Part shown: piece by piece, positions 18,345 through 27,329 of the stretch
Position numbering within the stretch: position 1 is the stretch's first letter
Layout of the letters: each line of letters opens with the position of its first letter
The notes under the pieces: generated by a model
Database searches by the model: none
What the model was told of the DNA's origin: nothing
Seen by the model: only the letters and a program-made list of their open reading frames with translations
Translations under genes and position numbers: made by a program
From: an uncultured Syntrophobacteraceae bacterium
Lineage (GTDB): Bacteria; Desulfobacterota; Binatia; UBA9968
Direction: 5' to 3'
Length of the DNA: 64,000 bases
NCBI GenBank assembly: GCA_964572145.1
Contig: CAZNES010000004.1
Span: 13,443-77,442 of the forward strand

Positions 18345-19475
18345 ATGAAGCGTTGGGCCATTATTATTTTCGTTGTGGCGGTGTTATTTGCGGCAGGGAC
18401 CGTCGTGGGCTTTCGTATCGCGGTCGGGATGCTCAAGGATAAAGTCGTAGCGGCGCTCGGGCCCGGCAGCGAGCTGCGCGAGCTCAAAGTCGGCTGGAAC
18501 TCGATCGAGCTGGCGGGGCTGAACATCAAGGCGCCCAAAGATTGGCCGGCGGCCAAGACGCTCGAAGCGGAGCGCGTGACGATCGTTCCTAGCCTTCGCA
18601 GTCTTCTCGTCGGCGAGATCCGGATCTCTTCCATTACCGTCGAGAAACCTTATCTCTCCATATTACGCACGCCGGGAAAGCTCGCCATCGTCCCGAGTCT
18701 TATCCACCCGGGCGAGAAAAAGCCGCGCGAGGGTGAAACTTCCGGGCGCTCGGTCACGATCTCCCGGATAGAATCGAAAGACGGCGTAATGGAAGTTTAC
18801 GACGCGACCGTGGGCCGGCCGCCGGTGAGGATCCGGCTGGAGGCAATCCACGCCGTCGTGCGCGACGTGGTCGCGTCGGTGTTACAAGAGAAATCGGAAT
18901 TTGAAATCGATGCCGTCGTCAAAGGCGCGCGGCGCGACGGACGGGCGAAGATTTCCGGCTGGATGGCCGAGACCGGCAAAAATTCTTCCTCGCATTTCAT
19001 CCTCGACGGCGTCGACCTCGTGGGCCTGCAACCTTATCTGGTCAAGAAAGGGGATGTGCGTGTCGAGAAGGGGAGTATCGACCTGAACCTCAAGTCCGAG
19101 GTCAGGAACAACCAGCTCGACGGCAAAGGCAAGCTCATCATCCGCGACCTCCAGCTCGGGCAGTCGAGCGGTTTCATGAGCACGTTCATGGGCATGCCGC
19201 GCAACGCCGTGGTCAACTCCTTGAAGGACAAGCAGGGCGTGATCGATATCGATTTCGCTCTCAAGGGCGACATCACCCATCCGAACTTTTCGCTCAACGA
19301 GGCGCTCTCGACGCGCATCGCCGCCGGCATGGCAGGACAACTCGGCGTCTCGATCAAGGGGTTGGCCGAGGGAGTCGGGGCGCTCGGCGGCAAGGGCGTC
19401 GAAGGCGTCGGCAAAGCCGCCGGCGGCATCGGCTCCGCGGTGAGAGACCTGTTCGGCGGCGGCGAAAAACGCTGA
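18345..19475 (+). CDS. Membrane-anchored DUF748/AsmA-like protein
   Basis: ATG at 18345; N-terminal TM anchor MKRWAIIIFVVAVLFAAGTVVGF; weak resemblance to DUF748/AsmA-family beta-rich proteins. Confidence 0.45.
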   Translation: MKRWAIIIFVVAVLFAAGTVVGFRIAVGMLKDKVVAALGPGSELRELKVGWNSIELAGLNIKAPKDWPAAKTLEAERVTIVPSLRSLLVGEIRISSITVEKPYLSILRTPGKLAIVPSLIHPGEKKPREGETSGRSVTISRIESKDGVMEVYDATVGRPPVRIRLEAIHAVVRDVVASVLQEKSEFEIDAVVKGARRDGRAKISGWMAETGKNSSSHFILDGVDLVGLQPYLVKKGDVRVEKGSIDLNLKSEVRNNQLDGKGKLIIRDLQLGQSSGFMSTFMGMPRNAVVNSLKDKQGVIDIDFALKGDITHPNFSLNEALSTRIAAGMAGQLGVSIKGLAEGVGALGGKGVEGVGKAAGGIGSAVRDLFGGGEKR

Positions 19476-19628
19476 TACTTGTTTGCGGGCCGGGATGATT
19501 TTTCTTCGTCCGCTCAAAAGGGAAGGTCGGAAGATGCGCCGGGCCGTAAAGCGCGTGAGCGCAAAATTCTCCCTCCGCTTCGCGGAGCTGCCGTTGAGAT
19601 TGCAATCCCCGATGCTTCCTCGGTTTTT

Positions 19629-20984
19629 CTACGGATTTGCCGAGACCGGTTTCTTCGGAGGCTGCACCAACATGATCAAGACCGCCGATAGCAGAAGCGC
19701 GCCGGCAAATAGAGTAAACGAAACGAAATAACTGCCGGTCGCGTCAAACAAGAATCCGAAAAACGGCGCGCCGCTGGCCGAGAAAATTTGCGTCAGCAAC
19801 ATGCCCATGCCTCGGACCGTGCCGAGAGACAGCCGCCCGAAATAGTTCGCCCAGACCACTTCTCGCAGCACAAAGCTTCCTCCCAACCCGATGCCGTACA
19901 GAAAAAATCCTGTATAGACAAATCGAAGTTGCGTGGACGTAATGGCTATTGTGAGCCCTAAAGTCAGGGTCAGGAATTGCCCCATGGCTGCCTTTCTTAT
20001 ATCGATGCGCTCGGCGAGCAGACCCCAAAAAAGCGTGGAACCCAGTTGGGTGAACGCGATCGTGCTCATAATGGTGGCGGCCGTTATCGGCGGATAGCCG
20101 AGATCTGTGACGAATGCGAAGACGTGAAGATTGAGTCCCGCTATTCCCACGCTGGCGACGCCGAAGGTAATGACCAGAAGCCAAAATGCCCGAGTGCGAA
20201 GCGCTTCCGCTCGGGTCCACGGCACGTCGGCTGCCAGCGCCTGGCGTTGGGTTGCGGAAAGCTCGGTCTCTCTGTTCCTGGACGAGTCCGTTGGCTGTGG
20301 GACCGGTTCGCCGTCGGGATGAAGCCCCATCTCCTCGGGGCTGCTTCGAAGGAATGCGAGAGTCGGCCATACCACCAGTGCCAGTGCGAGAATTCCGAAG
20401 ACGGTCCAGGTTTGGCGCCAACCCACCCAGACAAAAAGTGACGCGGCGAGGAGCGGCATGCTTACTTTGGCAATGCCGGTTCCCAGGTTGGCAATAGCGA
20501 TCGCTCTGCCACGCTTGCGAATGAACCAGCGCGAGATGATCACCATGACGACCATGGAGCCCATTAGCGTGTCGCCGACGACCACCAACGTGCAGCGCAA
20601 CAGAAAAAATTGCCAGAACTCCTGAACCTGGCTCAAGAGAATGTAGCCTACACTGGCGACTATGGCGCCGATAACTATCAGCAACCGGCCGCCATGGCGA
20701 TCTATGAGAGGACCGACGAGAGGGGCCAACGCAGCGCTGACGAGCACTTCGCCCGTTCGGACGAGCGAGAACGCTCCCCGCGAGACGCCTAAGTCGTCCG
20801 TAATTGGCTTGAGGAAAACGCTCAGAGTGCTGGAGAGTGAAAACACGCCGGCAATTTGGGTAAGAGCTCCAATGCCGACGATCCACCAGCCATAGAAAAT
20901 GCGGCGACTTTTTTGCTCATAGCGAGACTGATTCTGGAAATTCACGATGCAACCGCCGTGTTCTGTGCATGCCTTGCTTATCAA
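19629..20984 (-). CDS. MFS transporter
   Basis: 12 predicted TM segments with a central cytoplasmic loop; MFS-like motifs. Confidence 0.8.
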   Translation of the reverse strand: MISKACTEHGGCIVNFQNQSRYEQKSRRIFYGWWIVGIGALTQIAGVFSLSSTLSVFLKPITDDLGVSRGAFSLVRTGEVLVSAALAPLVGPLIDRHGGRLLIVIGAIVASVGYILLSQVQEFWQFFLLRCTLVVVGDTLMGSMVVMVIISRWFIRKRGRAIAIANLGTGIAKVSMPLLAASLFVWVGWRQTWTVFGILALALVVWPTLAFLRSSPEEMGLHPDGEPVPQPTDSSRNRETELSATQRQALAADVPWTRAEALRTRAFWLLVITFGVASVGIAGLNLHVFAFVTDLGYPPITAATIMSTIAFTQLGSTLFWGLLAERIDIRKAAMGQFLTLTLGLTIAITSTQLRFVYTGFFLYGIGLGGSFVLREVVWANYFGRLSLGTVRGMGMLLTQIFSASGAPFFGFLFDATGSYFVSFTLFAGALLLSAVLIMLVQPPKKPVSANP

Positions 20985-21083
20985 GGATTTGTAGTGAAGT
21001 AAAAAGCGCTTGACTGCCGGTCGAAAGCCCGGCTAGTGTTAATGTGAGCCAAAAGATGACGGCATAGGGAAAGGAGCGCGGCC

Positions 21084-22175
21084 ATGTTGATCTGTTTATC
21101 GCCAGGAGGTCAGACGACTACGGTCGGTGAGTCGCCTAGGGACAAGCTTCTCGTCGGCACGGTCGAGGGAGTTTTTGCTTTCATTCGGAGCGGCGGTTCA
21201 TGGACATTTCAAGAAACGTTTCTCACCGGCGAACACATAAGCGCGCTCCTCTTTGAGCCGTCGAGTCGCACGCTCTTTGCGGGCGTTTATGGCGAGGCGC
21301 TATATGCCAGCAAGGATTTGGGACGAAATTGGGAAAGACGAGATCGGGGGCTTCAAGGATTGGAAATCTATACGCTGGCGTGTCAGGAGATTTCGGGGAA
21401 GCCTCGCATGTATGCCGGAACCCAGCCGGCACATCTCTTCTCCAGCGACGACCTGGGACAAAGCTGGATCGAGCTTTCCGCGCTACGCGAAGTACCGGGC
21501 GTCGAGAAATGGACCTTTCCAGGTCCGCCGCATCAAGCGCACGTGAAAAGCCTGGCTTTCGATCCGCGGCGTTCCGAGACGTTGTATGCCGCAGTCGAAG
21601 TCGGAGGATTTCTAAAGAGCGAAGATGGCGGCAAGAGGTGGAAAACGGTTTCAGGTTTGAACCCAGATGCGCATCGTGTTTTAGTCTCACCTTCCGATCC
21701 CGATAAAGTTTATCTGGTTATGCCGACTACCAACTGCGGACCGGCCGACATCGCCGGCGTGTGCGTAAGTCTAAACGGCGGTGAAAGCTGGGTGAGTCTG
21801 ACGCCAAGAGATTTCCGAATTGGATATGTCGATCCGCTTCTGGTCCATCCTTTTAACCGGAACCTAATGTTTGCTGCCGGCGCCAAGACGGGTCCAGGCA
21901 GTTGGAGAAAGTTGCACACGGCCGATGCGCGCATCGCCCGCAGCAGGGACGGCGGCGAGAGCTGGGAAATCTTACATAAAGGATTGCCGGAGCACATCCG
22001 AGGAAATATCGAAGCTCTTTCGATGGATGTCTGGAACGGCGGGGCGGCGCTTTTCGCCGGAACCACGGACGGAGAGGTTTTTTATAGCACAGACGAAGGA
22101 GAGAGCTGGGAGAAGATCATTCAAGGGATCGGTCCCGTTTCAAAGGCTCATCATCATCAGAACCTGCAAGCATAG
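21084..22175 (+). CDS. BNR/Ycf48-like beta-propeller repeat protein
   Basis: Repeated S-x-D-x-G-x-S/T-W BNR-like motifs (SDDLGQSW, SEDGGKRW, SLNGGESW, SRDGGESW, STDEGESW). Confidence 0.6.
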   Translation: MLICLSPGGQTTTVGESPRDKLLVGTVEGVFAFIRSGGSWTFQETFLTGEHISALLFEPSSRTLFAGVYGEALYASKDLGRNWERRDRGLQGLEIYTLACQEISGKPRMYAGTQPAHLFSSDDLGQSWIELSALREVPGVEKWTFPGPPHQAHVKSLAFDPRRSETLYAAVEVGGFLKSEDGGKRWKTVSGLNPDAHRVLVSPSDPDKVYLVMPTTNCGPADIAGVCVSLNGGESWVSLTPRDFRIGYVDPLLVHPFNRNLMFAAGAKTGPGSWRKLHTADARIARSRDGGESWEILHKGLPEHIRGNIEALSMDVWNGGAALFAGTTDGEVFYSTDEGESWEKIIQGIGPVSKAHHHQNLQA

Positions 22176-22462
22176 GCTGCCTGGTAGCCTAATTATTGCG
22201 CCTTCCAGTGCGGAATATATTACCCGATCAGGTGCAAATGCCCTAAATCCGCCTACTCGAATTAATACGGACCACCAAGGGATTTAGGCCAACTTTGACG
22301 CTATTGCCCGATTCTTGTCCAGTCCACAATGAAGAGGGAAATTTTGACGGGTGAAATCCCCTGCTTTTTTAATACCTTGCTTTTAAAAGACATATCAATT
22401 TACTGGCATATATATTGCGTTGCTGATCGGCAATCCTCCTACGGGTGTAGGTTTAACCGCTC

Positions 22463-23032
22463 ATGTCAATTCTCGAGGCAAAAAAATGGTATGTGGTGTA
22501 CTCCAAACCGCAGAAGGAGGAATTCGCCGAATTTTGCCTAAAGCTTAGAGGCATCGAGGTTTTTCTTCCCAAGCTTCTTTTTCCCGAATCGTCGAAAAAA
22601 CGCAAGCGGATCGTTCCTCTGTTCCCTAGCTATCTTTTTACTCGGATTTATACCCCGGAACAATATCACTGCATACTTTGGACGCCGGGTGTGAAGCGTA
22701 TCGTGAGCTTCAATGGAGCGCCCGCTCCGCTTGACGAAAGCGTCATTGAGTTTCTTAGGCAAGAGGGAACTCCGGAAGGAATCATCGCGGCCCGCTCTGA
22801 TATAAGGATGGGGCAAGAAGTGCAGATAACCGGCGGCCCTTTCGAAGGACTCGTCGGAATTATCCAGGAACCCCCTGATGCCAAAGGTAGGGTCAAGATT
22901 CTCATGAAATTGTTGAGCCGCCAGGTTAAAGTAGAGGTGCCTCTGCAATTTGTAAATTGTGGCTGGGTTGCGCAACCTTCCAAATCGATGCATTTTGATT
23001 TGGAATCGTCCGTTCCTCAGGCGAACGCCTGA
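22463..23032 (+). CDS. Specialised NusG paralog (RfaH/UpxY-like transcription antiterminator) at the 5' edge of the polysaccharide island
   Basis: NGN domain (KKWYVVYSKPQKE, PLFPSYLFTRIY) plus KOW domain (GQEVQITGGPFEGLVGIIQE...); 189 aa; this is the first gene of the low-GC island. Confidence 0.85.
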   Translation: MSILEAKKWYVVYSKPQKEEFAEFCLKLRGIEVFLPKLLFPESSKKRKRIVPLFPSYLFTRIYTPEQYHCILWTPGVKRIVSFNGAPAPLDESVIEFLRQEGTPEGIIAARSDIRMGQEVQITGGPFEGLVGIIQEPPDAKGRVKILMKLLSRQVKVEVPLQFVNCGWVAQPSKSMHFDLESSVPQANA

Positions 23033-23189
23033 GGGATCAGTTTTCCCGCAGAATTTTAAAGTAGGGCCGACGGCCCTAGATGGCGGAGCTATATCCTCCG
23101 CACGATAAACGGTACTTTCCCACCTAAAAATCCTTATTCCTTTGAAGTCAGCTGTCTGACCTCGGTTTTACATAATCGGAAGTAACCAT

Positions 23190-24911
23190 ATGTATAATTC
23201 ATATTTTGAATTTCGGGAAAAACCCTTTAACGTTACCCCGGATCCTCGGTATTTCTACACCAATCCAATTTACCAGGAGGCTTATGCCAGTCTCCTATAT
23301 GGAATCCGAGAACGTAAGGGGTTTATCGTTATGACGGGCGAGGTTGGGACAGGCAAAACGACACTTCTCAGAAAGTTGATGAACAATCCCGAGGAAAATA
23401 TTCGCCTCGTGTTTTTTTACAATACAACGCTGAGTTTTGAAGAGTTGGTAACTTTCGCTTGTGATGAACTAGGCTTACCGGTGAAAGGCAGTGGACGGCT
23501 CCAAAAAATCCAGGCGCTTAATGAATTTCTAGTGGAACAATCCAAGAGGGGTGGCACGGTGGTGCTGTTAGTGGACGAGGCGCAAAACTTAACGGACGAT
23601 GTATTGGAAAATTTACGGCTTCTTTCAAATCTCGAAACTGCGAACGAAAAGCTGCTGCAAATAGTCCTCGTAGGTCAAACAGAACTCGAAGCAAAGCTCA
23701 GTCAACCTCAACTGAGACAGATCAAGCAGCGGGTCGCTCTCCAGTGCAGATTGGATCGACTGAAAGATCGTGAAATCGGTCCTTTTATCAATTATAGATT
23801 GCGTGTGGCCGGTTATGAACGGGAAGGACTGTTTACTCCGGATGCCATCCGAGAGATTGCTGTCCAGTCGAGGGGCATTCCCCGGTTGATCAATATCATA
23901 TGTGACAATGCCCTGCTCATCGCATATGCTACGACTGCCAAAAAAATCACCATCGAGATAATCAAAGAGGTCGCAAACGATCTCCGTCTCGATTCGGAAG
24001 GGCTGGTCGTAGGGGCAGATCCTTCGACCGCTAAAACCTTGCCAAGGAGTGGAAGAAAAGAAACCCGCGCCAACGTAGGAGTGGGAGAACTCGCTTCCCC
24101 TACACGAAATCGGACGACAATTTTTGTTGGAACTCTTACGGTATCAATTCTCGTTCTTTTGGTCGGTGGAGCAGTTTTTTACCAATCACAGGATGACACG
24201 TGGCTTTCTAAATTAGTTTTCAGCCGATTTGGACTGGTAAGCCCGCGCCCAATCGTCTCGCAGCAGATTACAAACGCGGGGAGCGATGCCTCCTTAAGCG
24301 CAAAGGTTTCTCGTGAGGAGACCCAGCCGGTAGCGGTAAAGCAAATTGAGGTCTCATCAACTCCTTCGGCTACCTGGAAGGAAGCGCAACCAGACCTTCC
24401 GACGGTCCCTATACCACATCAAATAGCTGAAAGCTCCGCGAAATCGTTACCTGCTCAAAAGGAGCAATCCGTTATCATTCCATGGGGGAGCACGATTAGC
24501 CGCATCGCTTCCGAGTACTATGGGTCCGATAAGGTGCTGCTTGCGATGGATATTCTAAAGGAGTTCAATCCCCGCATCAAGGATCTGAACTGGGTTCTAG
24601 CGGGGCAGAATATCTCGGTTCCTCCTCTGAAACGGGAGACTCTGCTACGCAAGCAATCCGACGATACCTATTATCTTGTCCTCGACTCGTTCTTTAACGC
24701 GCAGGAAGCGGCTAAATTGGGCAAGGCGGTACGATCAAAAGGATATGAAGCCGCCATAACAGCGCGGAAAATTTCCGAAAATCTGGGGCTCCATCGCGTC
24801 GAGATTCGCGGTCTGAGCAATCTGGATGCAGCTAATCAAGCCTGGGAAGTTGCCATGGCAAATCGGTGGGTTTCATCGGGCGGCGGCCCTCCGTCGAAGG
24901 AAAATCGCTGA
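23190..24911 (+). CDS. ExeA/GspA-like AAA ATPase (PEP-CTERM-locus secretion-ATPase subfamily) with C-terminal LysM/SPOR-like peptidoglycan-binding region
   Basis: Walker A GEVGTGKTT, Walker B VVLLVDEAQ; a TM segment; the C-terminus has LysM-like (ISRIASEYYGSD...) and SPOR-like (YYLVLDSFFNAQEAAKLGKAVRSKGYEA) segments. Confidence 0.75.
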   Translation: MYNSYFEFREKPFNVTPDPRYFYTNPIYQEAYASLLYGIRERKGFIVMTGEVGTGKTTLLRKLMNNPEENIRLVFFYNTTLSFEELVTFACDELGLPVKGSGRLQKIQALNEFLVEQSKRGGTVVLLVDEAQNLTDDVLENLRLLSNLETANEKLLQIVLVGQTELEAKLSQPQLRQIKQRVALQCRLDRLKDREIGPFINYRLRVAGYEREGLFTPDAIREIAVQSRGIPRLINIICDNALLIAYATTAKKITIEIIKEVANDLRLDSEGLVVGADPSTAKTLPRSGRKETRANVGVGELASPTRNRTTIFVGTLTVSILVLLVGGAVFYQSQDDTWLSKLVFSRFGLVSPRPIVSQQITNAGSDASLSAKVSREETQPVAVKQIEVSSTPSATWKEAQPDLPTVPIPHQIAESSAKSLPAQKEQSVIIPWGSTISRIASEYYGSDKVLLAMDILKEFNPRIKDLNWVLAGQNISVPPLKRETLLRKQSDDTYYLVLDSFFNAQEAAKLGKAVRSKGYEAAITARKISENLGLHRVEIRGLSNLDAANQAWEVAMANRWVSSGGGPPSKENR

Positions 24912-24974
24912 TTTAGGGTCGCAACTGCAGGTTATGGGTTGCAAATGAATCTTAAATTATGCTAATTTGCGCAA

Positions 24975-26531
24975 ATGACTGGCGGAAGATATGCGCAATC
25001 GAGAACCTTAACGCTCGATCGCGGGGGAGACGCTCAGCCAGTAGACAAGCGCTTCCCTCGGTTCTCGCCACACGCATTTTATGGCGCAACGCTTTTTGCT
25101 AAACTTCTAGTTGCATTCCTAATTTTCACTATTTTATTTGGAGCGAGTGAAGCGAAAGCTGGATTCGCCAGCGGTTTTTCTTTTTCCCTCGGAGAGGAAT
25201 ACAACGACAATATTTTCTTTTCAAACGAAAAAAACAAAAAAAATGAGCGTGACTTTGTAACTCATCTAGTTCCGACCTTTACGCTTCTCTATGCGCTTCC
25301 TTCAGAAACCATTCCGATACTTACCGCGAGCCTAAGTCCCGAGGGACAGATTTTTGCGCATCATGGGGACCTCAGCAATTTTGGCCAAAATATATCCTTT
25401 AATGTTGGCTACACCTATCGGTATTCTCCGAGGCTGACTTTCCACGCGGCGGATAACTGGAGCCGTGGGGGCAGCACCCGAACAGTAGGCCTGGAGGCGT
25501 TAGGTCCGCCTCCTCAGTTACCAGGCACGCCGACTGCGTTCCCCGCTACCGGCGCGTTCGTACCTCTCCCGCTATACCAGGATATAGGATCGTTGGTAAC
25601 CGAGGGGAATACCGCTGCGAACTATTTTTCGCTTTACGGGTCGTACCTATACTCCCCCAATTTCACTATGTCCGGAGGATATGCTACCGGATATTCGAAT
25701 TTCAATGGGGGAAGCGAGATCTCTCAATCGATAGGTATTAGGGGTAGCTATAACTGGGCCCAACTGCACAACCTCCACGCTGGCTTTACGGTTAGCTTTA
25801 TAAACGGCAATGGCAATGGCAACGGAGGCGGGAAACACAACGGAGGATCAAACGTCGTTTATAACCTTGATATCGGGGACGATTATTTTAGTCTCCTCAA
25901 AATTCAGTTGACCCCGACCTTAACGCTGTCCGGATCAGCCGGTATTGGCCTCAATGCTTCAGGCGACGGTCCAGGGATTGTGACTAACGGGAGCCTGACC
26001 TTGATAAAAATTTGGGAGACCGCCACGTTTAACATAGCGGCTCGGAGGGGATTAACCCCCAGTTTTGGAATTTCCGGACTTTCCCTAACAACAACTGTTT
26101 CGAGTGGTTTTGGCATTCGTTTGACAGAGCGTCTCGCTGGCATTCTGGGCGTTGACTACTCTCTTTTCAATACGCAGGACGATGACGTTAAGGTTTTTCG
26201 GGCTGGCGGCGGGCTTCAGTATTGGATCACAAACTGGCTTTCTTCGAACCTCTTGTATAGCTACCGCTGGCGCGATTCCGGAACCCTCGACACCGGGGGG
26301 GGCGGATGTAATAAGACCACGAATTGCTTGCTGACTGCTGGCCAGGTGGCAGGGAATAGCATCTTTCTAGGCTTGTCGGTTCACTTCGATGTTGGGCCTA
26401 ATGTTGGATTGGCCCGAGGGCCCATACGCCCATTGTATGCTCCGATGGGAGCTCCACTGTATGCGCCGCCGGAATTTCAGCAACCTCTAAGACCGGCACC
26501 TGTGCCCTCGCAATCGCCCATATCCCAGTAA
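24975..26531 (+). CDS. Outer-membrane beta-barrel protein (PEP-CTERM-system-associated OMP-like)
   Basis: Signal peptide; alternating hydrophobic beta-strand pattern; Gly/Asn-rich loops; C-terminal aromatic-rich strands. Confidence 0.55.
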   Translation: MTGGRYAQSRTLTLDRGGDAQPVDKRFPRFSPHAFYGATLFAKLLVAFLIFTILFGASEAKAGFASGFSFSLGEEYNDNIFFSNEKNKKNERDFVTHLVPTFTLLYALPSETIPILTASLSPEGQIFAHHGDLSNFGQNISFNVGYTYRYSPRLTFHAADNWSRGGSTRTVGLEALGPPPQLPGTPTAFPATGAFVPLPLYQDIGSLVTEGNTAANYFSLYGSYLYSPNFTMSGGYATGYSNFNGGSEISQSIGIRGSYNWAQLHNLHAGFTVSFINGNGNGNGGGKHNGGSNVVYNLDIGDDYFSLLKIQLTPTLTLSGSAGIGLNASGDGPGIVTNGSLTLIKIWETATFNIAARRGLTPSFGISGLSLTTTVSSGFGIRLTERLAGILGVDYSLFNTQDDDVKVFRAGGGLQYWITNWLSSNLLYSYRWRDSGTLDTGGGGCNKTTNCLLTAGQVAGNSIFLGLSVHFDVGPNVGLARGPIRPLYAPMGAPLYAPPEFQQPLRPAPVPSQSPISQ

Positions 26532-26674
26532 TCCGCTTTTTTGGGCGTTTCCCGGTTATTCTTCAAAAGTGTAAAAGAATCTCCGCTTTTGTTTGGCGTC
26601 ATTGCACGACGCCGTGCGTGCAGCGATTCTAGGTTCCGATAAATACATCTCAGGAAAAGGAGACAGGAGCGACT

Positions 26675-27283
26675 ATGAAAATTACAAGACTTCTCTTCTG
26701 CTTGTTGATTTTGCTTCCAGCGGTATCTTGCGGAATGAAGGAGCTTCGAGTGCAGGAATATCAGTTAGCCGGCGATGTCCCCAATCCGGCAAAGCCCCCG
26801 GACGAATTCTATACCATAGGTCCCGGCGATGCGCTGGATATTGTCGTTTGGAAAGAGCCGACTATTTCTGGACCGGCCAAGGTTCGGCCGGACGGATTTA
26901 TCACTCTTCCTCTCATCAATGAGATTCAAGCTGTGGGAATGACCACGGGTCAGTTGAGGAAGGTTCTTGAGGAAAAATATCGAGAATTTGTCGCCAGTCC
27001 CTTCGTAACCATCCGAGTGACTGGAATAACTTCCAACGAGATCTTTTTGATCGGGCAGGTGGCCAAGGCGGGAGCTTATCCTGTGGTTGGGAACGATACC
27101 ATCCTGCAACTTCTCACTCGGGCAGGCGGACTCACTATATTTGCCGATCGGCATAACATCAGAGTCGTGCGCCGGCTAGAGGGAAAGGTCACAGAATATT
27201 TCGTGGATTACGAGGCGATCGTGAAGGGAGATCTCAAGCAGGATATTGTGCTTAGACCGGGAGATCGTATCATCGTGGAGTAG
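26675..27283 (+). CDS. Short Wza-type polysaccharide export lipoprotein (EpsE-like; Poly_export + one SLBB domain)
   Basis: Lipobox LLPAVSCG; PGDALDIVVW polysaccharide-export motif; 202 aa. Confidence 0.8.
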   Translation: MKITRLLFCLLILLPAVSCGMKELRVQEYQLAGDVPNPAKPPDEFYTIGPGDALDIVVWKEPTISGPAKVRPDGFITLPLINEIQAVGMTTGQLRKVLEEKYREFVASPFVTIRVTGITSNEIFLIGQVAKAGAYPVVGNDTILQLLTRAGGLTIFADRHNIRVVRRLEGKVTEYFVDYEAIVKGDLKQDIVLRPGDRIIVE

Positions 27284-27329
27284 TGGTCTATTGGCAACGT
27301 AACCAAAAGTCAAACAAAAATCTTCGGAG

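Noticed and set aside
22176-22462. tRNA, ncRNA or integration site at the left island border
   Set aside because: Only small hairpins (AGGCT..AGCCT; CCTAAATCC...GGATTTAGG with a 29-nt loop) and AT-rich promoter-like DNA are present. There is no cloverleaf-compatible sequence and no integrase.
23070-23100. ops-like antiterminator recruitment motif near GATGGCGGAGCTATA downstream of the NusG-paralog gene
   Set aside because: It matches only 6 of 8 positions of the GGCGGTAG core and sits inside a pair of terminator-like hairpins (TAGGGCC-GAC-GGCCCTA; GCGGAG-CTATATC-CTCCGC). That is not convincing without conservation data.
25015-25145. Apparent +1/-1 compensating frame inconsistency when hand-translating the OMP gene against the supplied ORF track (extra C near 25020, missing G near 25140)
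   Set aside because: The net length is unchanged and the ORF track shows a continuous 518-aa frame. I most likely mis-indexed the sequence by hand. I trust the ORF track and did not call a frameshift.
25800-25840. AACGGCAATGGCAATGGCAACGGAGGCGGG (NGNGNGNGGG) microsatellite-like stretch in the OMP gene
   Set aside because: It is short and consistent with a Gly/Asn-rich extracellular loop. It is not reported as a separate repeat feature.
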